Sequence record: SRR20825006_1106
Length of the DNA stretch: 64,000 nt
Strand: one strand, 5' to 3'
Both the position numbers and the translations under genes were made by a program. The notes under the pieces were generated by a model. The model was not told the DNA's origin and did no database searches. It saw nothing but the letters and a program-made list of their open reading frames with translations. Shown in pieces: positions 18,578 through 28,829 of the stretch. How positions within the stretch are numbered: the stretch's first letter is position 1; each line of letters opens with the position of its first letter.

Positions 18578-19405
18578 TTAGTATGCTTTTTTGAAAAAGT
18601 CTTTACTTAAGTCTTGATTAGTAGAATAATTTAAAAATTCTAAAGTAATATTTTTGTTTGGTGATGAAATCGTCACTTTTTTGGGCATCCAGACCTCTCC
18701 AATTTTTAAGTATTCATCTATTGAGTAGTTCACTACTTTTTGTCCATTTTTATGAAATAAGTAAACCTGTTTCATAAAAGGTCTGTTATCTTTTTTTGAT
18801 ATATAGTAGACTTCTTCCCCGAAATCGAACCCAGAAAGTCGAAGAACCCAAGCTTCTTTATTTCCAATCTGTATTTCGCCTTCATAAAATATTTCGAGTC
18901 CTTTCCATTCGTAATCAAAAAGATTGTTTTCATATGTATAAGCAAACCTCATATCTAACAAGTCCTCCCCCTTCACCTCTTGAACTTCGGAATTAATTTG
19001 GCCCTTTACCTCCCGAAACCAGCCATTATTCCCATAAACGGATACCGAAACTTGTTTGCCTTCTTCAGTAAAATCTAATTTAACCCACGCTTCTTTCAGA
19101 AAGTAATAGTCGAATTCGGTCTGCTCCCCTTCATCGAAAGTAATAAGCCCTTTTGATGAGTAGGCTCCTAATTCTCTAATATTCTTATTTCCACCTAAAG
19201 CCGCAATGGTGTTTTCAATAATGGCTCTCTTCTCTTCATTGTAGGAGTATAGATCCATCATATATTCGTTTTGCTCTTGGGCTTCTGAATATTGGAAAGG
19301 AAATATTATACACACAAGAAAAAACCCAATTTTCCAGCTATTCAGCTTGATGGGAAATTTTCTTTTTTTAAGTATTTTATCAGAAAGAGAAGTTATTATT
19401 TTCAT
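18578..19405 (-). CDS. Hypothetical exported protein, possibly LolA-like fold
   Basis: Signal-like hydrophobic segment; 'ALGG' early motif and terminal 'DLSKDFF' resemble lipoprotein-sorting-like proteins; start uncertain. Confidence 0.5.
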   Translation of the reverse strand: MKIITSLSDKILKKRKFPIKLNSWKIGFFLVCIIFPFQYSEAQEQNEYMMDLYSYNEEKRAIIENTIAALGGNKNIRELGAYSSKGLITFDEGEQTEFDYYFLKEAWVKLDFTEEGKQVSVSVYGNNGWFREVKGQINSEVQEVKGEDLLDMRFAYTYENNLFDYEWKGLEIFYEGEIQIGNKEAWVLRLSGFDFGEEVYYISKKDNRPFMKQVYLFHKNGQKVVNYSIDEYLKIGEVWMPKKVTISSPNKNITLEFLNYSTNQDLSKDFFKKAY

Positions 19406-19485
19406 AAGCTAGAACCCTTAACTTAAAACGCTGACTTACAGCATTCTATAAATATAGACAAATTCACTTTTTTTGCTAGTTAAAA

Positions 19486-20682
19486 ATGTCCGACCAAAAA
19501 CCTTTTCTTTTTGATATACCAACGGTTACCGAGTTAACAGGTAAAGTCAAACAACTTCTCGAACAGAATTTTACAGATATTTTAGTAGAAGGAGAAGCTA
19601 GCAATGTTAAACAAAGTGCAAACGGACACATTTACTTTACACTGAAGGACTCTGGAGCTCAACTACCTTGCGTGCTTTGGCGAAATACTATTCAACGTTC
19701 TGGCATCAAACTAACCGATGGCCAGCAGATAGTTATTGGTGGAGACCTTCAGGTTTACGCTCCTCACGGTCGCTATCAGATGATTGTGAACTTGGTACAA
19801 CAAGCTGGAATAGGAAAGCTTCAGCAGGCTTTTGAACAACTCAAAGCCAAGTTGCAAGCTGAAGGGTTATTCGAAGAATTTCACAAAAAACCTCTTCCTA
19901 AATTTCCACAAACCATTGGTGTTGTCACTTCACAAACTACAGCCGCTTTCCAAGATATCCGAGCAACTCTTGAAAAACGATGGCCGTTAGCCCAAGTAAA
20001 ACTCTATCACGCAAGTGTTCAAGGCGTTAATGCAGCCCCAGAAATTGTTCGTGGATTGGAATATTTCTCCACCCAACAAAATGTAGATGTCGTAATTATT
20101 GGACGTGGAGGTGGCTCGTTAGAAGATCTATGGCCATTTAACGAAGAAGCTGTAGCCCGAGCCGTTTTTGCTTGCCCAATTCCTATTATAAGTGCTGTGG
20201 GACATGAAGTTGATTTTTCCATTTCTGATTTTGTTGCCGATGTACGTGCTGCCACGCCAACCCATGCCGCTGTTTTGGCAACGCCAGATATTAATGAAAT
20301 CCAGATGTATGTGGAAGATTTAAACCGTCGGATGGAATTGAACACCAAAGGCGCCGTTCAGTTTTATAAAGATCGAGTTTCTTATCTCGGGAAATCACAT
20401 GCACTGCTTGCCGTTCAACAGAAAATGAAAACGGCACGTTCTACCATTTCTACAATTCAAGAAAAGCTTGCTCATAGAGTTGAGTCAAAGCTTCGGACTC
20501 AGAAAGAACAACTTGTTGAGTTTGCACATCGCATTGACAAACAGAATCCTAATGAACCTCTCGAGAAGGGATTCGTTAGAGTTTGGCAGAATAAGAAATG
20601 GCTTCGAAATTCTGAGTTGTTTCAAGAAACGGCTACAACCGAATTAGAATGGGCAGACAGCAAAGTTACTATTCAGTCTTAA
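19486..20682 (+). CDS. xseA: Exodeoxyribonuclease VII large subunit
   Basis: GHIYFTLKD, RGGGSLEDLW, SAVGHEVD and DVRAATPT motifs. Confidence 0.95.
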   Translation: MSDQKPFLFDIPTVTELTGKVKQLLEQNFTDILVEGEASNVKQSANGHIYFTLKDSGAQLPCVLWRNTIQRSGIKLTDGQQIVIGGDLQVYAPHGRYQMIVNLVQQAGIGKLQQAFEQLKAKLQAEGLFEEFHKKPLPKFPQTIGVVTSQTTAAFQDIRATLEKRWPLAQVKLYHASVQGVNAAPEIVRGLEYFSTQQNVDVVIIGRGGGSLEDLWPFNEEAVARAVFACPIPIISAVGHEVDFSISDFVADVRAATPTHAAVLATPDINEIQMYVEDLNRRMELNTKGAVQFYKDRVSYLGKSHALLAVQQKMKTARSTISTIQEKLAHRVESKLRTQKEQLVEFAHRIDKQNPNEPLEKGFVRVWQNKKWLRNSELFQETATTELEWADSKVTIQS

Positions 20683-20686
20683 TATC

Positions 20687-21652
20687 ATGAATAAATCCAA
20701 AAAACCGATTACTATTCTAGGTGGTGGAGTTTCTGGATTAACGACTGGCGTTCTACTACTTGAGCAAGGTTTTGATGTTACCATTATCGCTGAAGAAGTC
20801 GCCCAAAATACTGTTTCATCTATAGCTGCTGCTATTTGGTTTCCTTATGCTGCAAAACCTGTAGAGAAAGTTAATGAATGGAGTAAGGTTACTTATCAAA
20901 AATTTGAAGAGCTCTCTAAAATCGAGCACTCAGGTATTTCCTTTGTCCCCTTTTCGGTTATTGAACAGAATGATGATCATCCTGATTGGCTTACAGCGTT
21001 GCCATCTAGTATTGTCATCCAAAAAGAGCAACAAAACATCTCGGATAAGGAATGTATCTCCTACACCATGTTACTTCCTTTAATTGAAACACCGATTTAC
21101 TTGCGTTATTTGCAAAGTGAATTTTCTCGTCTTGGAGGAAATTTTATCCAAAAAAGGATTACAAAAATATCTGATTTAGACCTGAATTCGATTACTGTTA
21201 ACTGTATCGGTTTAGGCTCCAAACAATTATTTAACGACTCTGAAGTATTTCCAATTCAAGGACAGGTGGTAAAACTTAGTCCTTCAAGTTCAATACAAGG
21301 ATTTTCATTTGAATTTCCTTTTGATGAATTTTCAGATGAGCTTGTTTACGTAATTCCTCGCAAAGATTGCATTGTGGTTGGCGGTTCTGCAAAAGAGAAT
21401 CAATATTCTACTACACCAAGTGAGACTCTGAAGAAACGAATTCTTGAAAGAGCCATGAGCGTTAAACCCGAATTACAAAACCTTGAGATTCAACAAACAG
21501 TGGTCGGCTTGCGTCCTGGTAGAACGAGTGTTCGATTGGAATGGGATACCGAACTTCCCATCATCCACAATTATGGACATGGCGGTGCTGGCTATACCGT
21601 TTCTTGGGGTTGTGCAGAAAGCGTTTACGATTTAATTCAAACTATGAGCTAG
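20687..21652 (+). CDS. D-amino-acid oxidase family FAD oxidoreductase
   Basis: GGGVSG Rossmann motif, VNCIGLGS, YVIPR, GLRPGR and HNYGHGGAG..SWGCA. Confidence 0.85.
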   Translation: MNKSKKPITILGGGVSGLTTGVLLLEQGFDVTIIAEEVAQNTVSSIAAAIWFPYAAKPVEKVNEWSKVTYQKFEELSKIEHSGISFVPFSVIEQNDDHPDWLTALPSSIVIQKEQQNISDKECISYTMLLPLIETPIYLRYLQSEFSRLGGNFIQKRITKISDLDLNSITVNCIGLGSKQLFNDSEVFPIQGQVVKLSPSSSIQGFSFEFPFDEFSDELVYVIPRKDCIVVGGSAKENQYSTTPSETLKKRILERAMSVKPELQNLEIQQTVVGLRPGRTSVRLEWDTELPIIHNYGHGGAGYTVSWGCAESVYDLIQTMS

Positions 21653-21656
21653 CATT

Positions 21657-22202
21657 GTGAACTATATTTTTACATCAGAAAGACTTGGATTTCGAACATG
21701 GGTTCCCAACGACCTTGAACCTTTTACCGAGCTAAATGCAGATGTGGAAGTTATGCAACACTTTCCTTCTACATTAACTTCCCTAGAAACTTCCAACCAG
21801 ATTAAACGCATTGATAAGCATTTTGAAGAATATGGCTACGGTTTCTATGCAATAGATTATTTACCAGAGAATAAGTTCATTGGCTTTATAGGACTTTCAC
21901 ATCCCTCTTTTGAAAGTGACTTCACCCCTTGTGTTGAAATTGGCTGGCGTTTAGATAAAGACTATTGGAATTTGGGCTTAGCAACCGAAGGAGCTCAACG
22001 TTGTTTAGAATTTGCGCAACAAGAACTTAAGCTAGCTGAGATCTGCGCATTTACAATTCCAGAGAATCTCGCCTCTCAACGAGTGATGCAAAAAATTGGA
22101 ATGCAATTCGCTGGGAACTTCAATCATCCTCGCTTTGAAGAAGATTCTCCATTTTCAAAGCATGTGCTATATAACATCGGCTCTACATTCATCAATAAAT
22201 AG
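21657..22202 (+). CDS. GNAT acetyltransferase (RimJ/RimL-like)
   Basis: ERLGFR, VEIGWRL, YWNLGLATE and NLASQRVMQKIGM. Confidence 0.88.
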   Translation: MNYIFTSERLGFRTWVPNDLEPFTELNADVEVMQHFPSTLTSLETSNQIKRIDKHFEEYGYGFYAIDYLPENKFIGFIGLSHPSFESDFTPCVEIGWRLDKDYWNLGLATEGAQRCLEFAQQELKLAEICAFTIPENLASQRVMQKIGMQFAGNFNHPRFEEDSPFSKHVLYNIGSTFINK

Positions 22203-22333
22203 AATACCTTTCTAGTAATCGTCTTTTCTAACTCTGTATTTATATTCAAGGTTTTCATAACAAATACTGCTATTATTGTTTTTGTTTTTTATAATTCAAC
22301 ACATCATAATTCGAACATTTTCATCCTTGTAAA

Positions 22334-23416
22334 ATGACTTTTCTAAAAGGATTATTAATTCCTTCCATATTTATATTCACTTCTATTTTTTCTACTTCAT
22401 TTGCACAAGAAACAAGCAAATTCAGTGCGTACGGGGATGTCCGAATAAACTATTTAGGAACCAGCACCGATGCGGATGGTATAGGCGGAAGTATTCCTTT
22501 TTTGAGAGTTCGTCCAGGAGTTCATTACGAAATTAATGAAAATCATAGTTTTTCTGCTCGGGCAGTTTATGTTGTTTCAAGAGATTTAAACAGTCCAGAA
22601 TTTAGCCTTACTCCCAATCAGAATGGCTCTTTAGCATATGACACCTTCTCTTTCGATGAGTTCTATTACAAATACCAAGATGAAAATCAGGAGTTTAGAT
22701 TCGGACGTTTTCAGAAAAGTTTTTCCCTTCCCATTGCAACCGGACATTCTATAGATCGATTTCAAAGTAATGCTATTTTTGTGCATTGGTCGGATGGATT
22801 CTACTACAAAAGAATGTTAGACGACGAGTGGATTTCAGAAGTCGTTTTGGAATATCAAAAAAGAGGTGAGACTACATTTCCTTATAAAAACCCACTCAAT
22901 TTTGGTAGAAACGAATATAATATGGTTAACTATATAGCCTTAACAAATTCAAAAAGAGATAAATACAATATCATCCAGAAAGGTTTTGGTTTGATGTGGG
23001 CTCCTAATGCTTTCTTGAAAAACGCAGATTACACGACTTATTTAACCCTCAGTTCGAATATCGTTTTCGACTTCCCTAAAAAGGAATTACTAAATGGCGG
23101 GTCAATTCGTATTTCAGGCGAATTGGGGCAGAATTTAAACACGAAGTTTTCGGATGGTTCAGTCATCGCAACATCTGTTGGCGTGTATAATGTTGCCGAA
23201 CGTCACAACTTGATGGTTGAGCTTTCAAGAAACGATCAAGATTGGCTTACAGCTCCTTATGCTACTAATAGTGATGAACTAGAAATTCGTTACAGACTTG
23301 TTATATCAAAAAAGCTAAGCATGGACGCCCGATATAGAGCGCGCAACTCTCGTACTTTTGGTATTCCGAACACCTACAGCACATTCATTCGAGCTACGTA
23401 CTCTTTCGCTAAATAA
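22334..23416 (+). CDS. Hypothetical outer-membrane beta-barrel/porin-like protein
   Basis: Signal peptide, alternating aromatic beta-strands, FGRFQKSF, near-terminal RATYSF. Confidence 0.6.
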   Translation: MTFLKGLLIPSIFIFTSIFSTSFAQETSKFSAYGDVRINYLGTSTDADGIGGSIPFLRVRPGVHYEINENHSFSARAVYVVSRDLNSPEFSLTPNQNGSLAYDTFSFDEFYYKYQDENQEFRFGRFQKSFSLPIATGHSIDRFQSNAIFVHWSDGFYYKRMLDDEWISEVVLEYQKRGETTFPYKNPLNFGRNEYNMVNYIALTNSKRDKYNIIQKGFGLMWAPNAFLKNADYTTYLTLSSNIVFDFPKKELLNGGSIRISGELGQNLNTKFSDGSVIATSVGVYNVAERHNLMVELSRNDQDWLTAPYATNSDELEIRYRLVISKKLSMDARYRARNSRTFGIPNTYSTFIRATYSFAK

Positions 23417-23423
23417 CCTCTGC

Positions 23424-24563
23424 TTAATTCATTTCTTTAGAATAACAGCCTAGAATTTTTAGTTCTTCTGCTTCTTTAGCCAATTCAGCTAAAGCGTCCT
23501 CAACTTTAGGATTGCTGGTGTTGGCTTCAATATCTATGTAGAATGAATAACGCCAAGGTTCGTGAGGAAGCGGACGAGATTCGAGCTTACTCATATTGAT
23601 TCCATGCTTATGTAACACATTTAAGCAGTCGATTAGCGAGCCTTCCTCGTTTGATGTCACCATCATCAAGGATGTTTTACAGGGAACCTGTAGATCTATG
23701 GTAACAGCCTCTGGTGAAACAATTACAAAGCGAGTGAAGTTCTCTTCCTGATTTGCAATGTTATGTGCAATAATGTGCAATCCATAATGGTCGGCAGCAT
23801 GAGCACCCGCAATTGCTGCTTGAGATAAATCTCCATCTTCCAAAACCTTTTTGGCTGAAATGGCTGTATCCAAATAAGACTCAACTCTACACCTTGGCAA
23901 TTTAGAAAGGAAATTAGTGCATTGTTCAATGGCTTTGGGGTGCGATAGAATTCTGCGAATTTGTGAAACGTCTACTGGTTCCACTGCCATCAAGCAGTGA
24001 ACTATTTTGAGAATTTCTTCGCCAACAATGTGTAACCCAGAGTTTCCAAGAATATCGTATGTATCATTGATAGAACCTGCTGTCGTATTTTCTATCGGAA
24101 GCACCGCGAAATTAACTTGACCATCTTTTACCGCTTGTGCAGCCTGCTGAAAAGTATCGAAGCCATAGCAATCTACATTGCTGTATCGCTCGCCGAAATG
24201 ACGTAAAGCTGCGAGATGGCTAAAAGCTCCATCTGTCCCTTGATAACTCACAGAAACTCGTTCGTCACCATTTTTATGGTTCTGGTGATCTACCAAAGAA
24301 TGGGTTTGAAAGCGAACAGAGTTGGTTATAATCTCACGGAAAAGATGTTCAGCATAATATCTATCTAAGCCAACTTCGTGTGCAAAATCACGGATTTTGC
24401 TAAGCAATAGTTCTTCGCGTTCTAAATCTCGAATGCCAGCCGCCTTATCAATTTTAAGAGAGGCAACTTCCTTAACTACATCCTGTCGGTCGGCTAAGGC
24501 TTTTACAATGGTTTTATCGATTAGGTCTAATCGATCCCTAATAGATGCTAATTCTTTCTTCAT
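23424..24563 (-). CDS. pheA: Bifunctional chorismate mutase/prephenate dehydratase
   Basis: AroQ N-terminus (IRDRLDLID...RDLERE), PIENTTAG, NFTRF and ACT-domain KLESRP. Confidence 0.93.
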   Translation of the reverse strand: MKKELASIRDRLDLIDKTIVKALADRQDVVKEVASLKIDKAAGIRDLEREELLLSKIRDFAHEVGLDRYYAEHLFREIITNSVRFQTHSLVDHQNHKNGDERVSVSYQGTDGAFSHLAALRHFGERYSNVDCYGFDTFQQAAQAVKDGQVNFAVLPIENTTAGSINDTYDILGNSGLHIVGEEILKIVHCLMAVEPVDVSQIRRILSHPKAIEQCTNFLSKLPRCRVESYLDTAISAKKVLEDGDLSQAAIAGAHAADHYGLHIIAHNIANQEENFTRFVIVSPEAVTIDLQVPCKTSLMMVTSNEEGSLIDCLNVLHKHGINMSKLESRPLPHEPWRYSFYIDIEANTSNPKVEDALAELAKEAEELKILGCYSKEMN

Positions 24564-24738
24564 GCTTCAATGTGTGAGAGTGTGAGGATGGAATGTAGCA
24601 AGTTTGAGAAGAAATTGAAGTGCTTTTTTATACTAAGCGATCTTTTATTTTGAACCATGAAATGATTATTAAAGTGAATGAAGTACAGCCAGATGTACTC
24701 GCTCAGCAGTTCTAAGTATTTGACAAGACATGGCTATG

Positions 24739-25839
24739 CTAGTTTAAAGTAGCTTTTATGATGAATTGCTCTGATTTTCTATTCACATGAATAGCGTAAA
24801 GCTCCTTTTCATCTTCGCTTACATCTATAATAAAAACGTCTTTATCTATGTAGAAATCACCTTGTTCGGTTCCATCCCAATCGTATGCTATAATTCTATT
24901 AGAAAAGCCCCGCCAATCAGTATCTTCTTGTAACTCTACATCCTCGGTAGTTCTACCAGAATACAAAACGAAATAGCGTTTACTGCTAGATGTTGGGGAA
25001 TAAAAACCCCCTTTAAACTTTAAGGATGGCATCAATACTGAGCTGGCACCATAATCAATAACATCAAACTCTGGCAGGTAAGTATGCTTCTGTTCATGTA
25101 ACTGCAGCACCGAATCTCCTTCAATTCCATAGAATAAGGCTCTATCAAAAGTATCGGCAAAATATGCAAACTTAGAGCCATCTGGGCTTTTTGCGAGACG
25201 CCCTGACATGGACATGGTAACACGATTGGGCTTTTTGTATTTGTTTGCTACATCAGACGGAATAGTATCAAGATATCTAATAAACTCGCCCCCATCACTT
25301 AACGAAAGCAAACCTTCAGGAGTGGGGCCATGATTAACTATCTGGTTATTTCTTAGAATGAGTGAATGCCTCCGAGAAATGGTTTTTTCTGATTCAATAA
25401 TACAGCTATGAACTTTAGAGATAGGTGGTTTCTTTTTCAAGCAAGCCACATCATACACATCATTCTTGTCGTTAGATGCATCTGCAACTTCTAACGAATG
25501 TTCAAAAATTCCCTTTTGAATAGTAACGCTGCCATATTCTGCAGGACCTCTGCCTTTTTTCCCAAATTCATATTCAAAAACACCCGTTTTTGCATTATAA
25601 GCTCTAATTCCAAACTCTTGTCCTTCTAGTTGCGCGAATAACCAATCATCCACGATGGCTAAATCTCCAAAAAAAGCGAGGCTATCTTGGACTAATATTT
25701 CGGTTTTAAAAGGAGCGTCTTTAGTTTGAGCTTTTAGTTTACTCGTTATAATTACGCTCATCAAAATTGTGAGTGGGATAAGTAATCTAACAACCATATT
25801 GAACAGTATTTTAGAAATAAGTTGCAATAACTTAAACAT
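24739..25839 (-). CDS. TolB-like six-bladed beta-propeller exported protein
   Basis: FGKKGRGPAE and AYDWDG motifs typical of FCB-group propeller proteins; start uncertain. Confidence 0.6.
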   Translation of the reverse strand: MFKLLQLISKILFNMVVRLLIPLTILMSVIITSKLKAQTKDAPFKTEILVQDSLAFFGDLAIVDDWLFAQLEGQEFGIRAYNAKTGVFEYEFGKKGRGPAEYGSVTIQKGIFEHSLEVADASNDKNDVYDVACLKKKPPISKVHSCIIESEKTISRRHSLILRNNQIVNHGPTPEGLLSLSDGGEFIRYLDTIPSDVANKYKKPNRVTMSMSGRLAKSPDGSKFAYFADTFDRALFYGIEGDSVLQLHEQKHTYLPEFDVIDYGASSVLMPSLKFKGGFYSPTSSSKRYFVLYSGRTTEDVELQEDTDWRGFSNRIIAYDWDGTEQGDFYIDKDVFIIDVSEDEKELYAIHVNRKSEQFIIKATLN

Positions 25840-25858
25840 AAATAATTTTAATTCTACA

Positions 25859-26983
25859 TCAAGAACTCGTTTTTTTATAACGGTTTAGCGATATACCTAA
25901 AAAGATTGCACCCATTCCCATCAGTACAAGAACCATCTTGTATATCTCTTGCCATCCTGCACCTTTTAGCAAAACCATCCTCATAATTTTAATGAAATAA
26001 GAAACCGGATTTGCCAGCGTTAGATTTTGCGCCCATTGTGGCATACTTTCGATTGGAGTAAATAAACCACCCATTAGGATAAATATCACTATCAAGAACC
26101 AAGCAATAAACATAGCTTGCTGTTGGGTATGGGTTACGGTTGAAATGAGTAAGCCCATTACTTGAATGACCACTAGATAAATTCCAGCAACAGCTAAAAT
26201 GGTAAACAGACTTCCAAGAAATGGAATCTGAAATCCAAACCGAGCTAGCAATAATCCGATACACAAATCAAACATGCCAATCGTCCAGAATGGAATGAGT
26301 TTTGCCAACATAAAATGTGATTTCTGAATGGGCGTCACATTTAATTGCTCGATGGTTCCAATTTCATATTCTCGCACGATATTCATCCCAGAAAGGAACA
26401 GCCCAATCATAGAAATCAGAACAACCAAAATTCCTGGAACCATAAAAGTAATGTAATCTAAATCAGGATTGTACCAGTTTGAAGGAATAATATTTATAGA
26501 TTTCGGTGAAACTATTGCGGAACCAGCTTTGGCTAATTCGCCTAATTTCTCGGCATTAAAATCAGAAATAATGGAACTCGAATAGGACTGAATAAGCCCG
26601 GCAGTACTTCCATCGACAGCATCTATTGTTACTTGAATAAAAGCCTCTTTACCCGTCTTCATGTGCTTTTCAAAGTCTTGGTCCACTGTTAAAAGCATCT
26701 TTATTTTACCCGCTTTCATCTCTTCAAGTGCGGTATCTGTAGAATAGTAATTAGCTTCTAATTTAAAGCGACCTGATGCTTGAAGTTTCTGTACCAACTC
26801 ATGCGACATCTGTGATTGATCGAAGTCAATTACCGCAAATTGTACTTGTTTTAGCTCGTATGTGGCGGCAAAAGACAGAACTGCCAACTGTATGACGGGC
26901 AGTACAAATAGAATGGGAAGCATTCCTTTGTTTCTGAATATTTGCAGGTATTCTTTCTTTAGTAAAAAGCGAAGTATTCTCAT
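25859..26983 (-). CDS. ABC-2 type permease (YbhR/S-like)
   Basis: YNPDL, FMVPG, REYEIGTIEQL, GLFTPIESMP. Confidence 0.9.
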   Translation of the reverse strand: MRILRFLLKKEYLQIFRNKGMLPILFVLPVIQLAVLSFAATYELKQVQFAVIDFDQSQMSHELVQKLQASGRFKLEANYYSTDTALEEMKAGKIKMLLTVDQDFEKHMKTGKEAFIQVTIDAVDGSTAGLIQSYSSSIISDFNAEKLGELAKAGSAIVSPKSINIIPSNWYNPDLDYITFMVPGILVVLISMIGLFLSGMNIVREYEIGTIEQLNVTPIQKSHFMLAKLIPFWTIGMFDLCIGLLLARFGFQIPFLGSLFTILAVAGIYLVVIQVMGLLISTVTHTQQQAMFIAWFLIVIFILMGGLFTPIESMPQWAQNLTLANPVSYFIKIMRMVLLKGAGWQEIYKMVLVLMGMGAIFLGISLNRYKKTSS

Positions 26984-28089
26984 TGTAACCTCACCTTAAA
27001 TTTTTTCAGGCTTAGAGCAATCAAAATTAGTGTTGTGCCTAAAAGTATTGCTGTTTCTTTCCAAAGAATGAATATCCCCGCGCCTTTTAGCATAATGCCA
27101 CGAACAATAATGAGATACCATTTAGCAGGAATGATATTGCTTATCATCTGGAGAGGAAAAGGCATACTATCAATTGGAAAAATGAAACCTGAGAGCAACA
27201 CGGTTGGTAATAATAGTCCGGCCAAAGAAATCATCATCGCTGTTTGTTGGCTATTCGTTGCCGATGAGATGAGTAACCCAAGAGATAAAGCTGTTAAGAT
27301 GAACAAAATAGACTCAAAGAAAAACTGAGCATGCGAGCCTTGAAATGGCACGTGAAAAACGAATTTAGCTAAGACAAGAATCACAACCACATTTATGACC
27401 GAAAGCGCCAAATAAGGCAACACTTTTCCAAGAATAATATGTATTGGCTTTAGTGGCGAAACTAATAGAATCTCCATATTTCCCATTTCTTTTTCGCGTG
27501 TGATGGAAATGGATGTCATAAGAGCTGAGACCAACATCAAAATTACGGCAATTAAACCAGGCACAAACAAATTCACACTTGCGAGCTCTGGGTTATACAT
27601 CAGTTTGATTCTGGGTTGAATTCCCATTGATTGTGAAGCCCCATTGTCGTTTATCTCTTTAACATAACTACGAATTATGTTAGTGGTATAAGATTGAACA
27701 ATATTTGCCAAATTTGGGTCTGTAGCATCAGTAATGAGTTGAATATCAGCAGACCCTGTTCTTTCAATGGTTCTTCCAAAGGAAGGTTCGAATACAATAA
27801 TTTCCTTGATTTCACCCGCTTTGAAAACCTCACTGATTTCATCATAGTTAGATAAAATGGCTGTTACTTGAAATGCATCGGAAGCATTGATCTTCTGAAT
27901 GAGTTGCTGAGTTACAAGATCTTTGGAGGCATCTAGAACACCAACCTTCACATTAGTCACTTCATTTCGAATCGCAAAACCGAACAGAAGAAGCATAATT
28001 ACAGGCATTCCAAAAAGCACCACTAAAGTTCTTTTGTCTCTGTAAATCTGCTTAAACTCCTTAATTACGAAACCTCTAAATGCTCCCAT
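26980..28089 (-). CDS. ABC-2 type permease (YbhS/R-like)
   Basis: YNPEL, FVPGL, REKEMGNME, SGFIFPIDSMP. Confidence 0.9.
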   Translation of the reverse strand: MGAFRGFVIKEFKQIYRDKRTLVVLFGMPVIMLLLFGFAIRNEVTNVKVGVLDASKDLVTQQLIQKINASDAFQVTAILSNYDEISEVFKAGEIKEIIVFEPSFGRTIERTGSADIQLITDATDPNLANIVQSYTTNIIRSYVKEINDNGASQSMGIQPRIKLMYNPELASVNLFVPGLIAVILMLVSALMTSISITREKEMGNMEILLVSPLKPIHIILGKVLPYLALSVINVVVILVLAKFVFHVPFQGSHAQFFFESILFILTALSLGLLISSATNSQQTAMMISLAGLLLPTVLLSGFIFPIDSMPFPLQMISNIIPAKWYLIIVRGIMLKGAGIFILWKETAILLGTTLILIALSLKKFKVRLQ

Positions 28090-28829
28090 CAGTCCCCTCG
28101 CTTTGCTGAACGTGCTAATTTTATAAACACTTCTTCGATGGAGTTGGTTGAAAAACTCTTTTTCAGCCCTTCTGGGGTGTCTAATGCATCTATTCTACCA
28201 TCAACCATAATAGAAACTCTATCGCAATATTCAGCTTCATCCATGTAGTGAGTGGTTACAAAAACCGTAATTCCTCGGCTAGCTGCTTCGTAAATCATCT
28301 CCCAAAACTGTCGACGAGTAACTGGGTCAACACCACCGGTGGGTTCATCTAAAAAAACAATACTTGGGTTGTGCAATATTGAAATGGAGAACGCGAGTTT
28401 CTGTTTCCAGCCTAATGGTAAAGAAGCTACTAACGATTTTTTGACGTTCTCTAAGCCCACATTAGTAAGTAACTCTTCAATTTTTATTGAAAGGTTTTTT
28501 GAGGAAATTCCGTAAATCCCGCCATAAAATTCAATATTCTCAGCAACCGTTAAATCATCATAAAGAGAGAATTTTTGACTCATATAGCCAATGCTCTTCT
28601 TTATTTTTTCTGTTTCAGTATATACATCAAATCCGTTTACATAGGCTTTGCCAGAACTAGGTAATAAGAGCCCTGTCAACATTTTCATTGCGGTAGTTTT
28701 ACCTGCTCCATTGGCCCCTAAAAAACCAAATATTTCCCCTTTTGCAACTTCAAAAGAAATGCTATCTACGGCCGTGAAATTGCCGAAAGTTCGAGTGAGT
28801 TCTTCTGCTTGAATGACTAGATTACTCAT
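28089..28829 (-). CDS. ABC transporter ATP-binding protein (YbhF C-half-like)
   Basis: Walker A GANGAGKT, signature LPLGWKQ, LDEPT, TTHY. Confidence 0.92.
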   Translation of the reverse strand: MSNLVIQAEELTRTFGNFTAVDSISFEVAKGEIFGFLGANGAGKTTAMKMLTGLLLPSSGKAYVNGFDVYTETEKIKKSIGYMSQKFSLYDDLTVAENIEFYGGIYGISSKNLSIKIEELLTNVGLENVKKSLVASLPLGWKQKLAFSISILHNPSIVFLDEPTGGVDPVTRRQFWEMIYEAASRGITVFVTTHYMDEAEYCDRVSIMVDGRIDALDTPEGLKKSFSTNSIEEVFIKLARSAKRGD

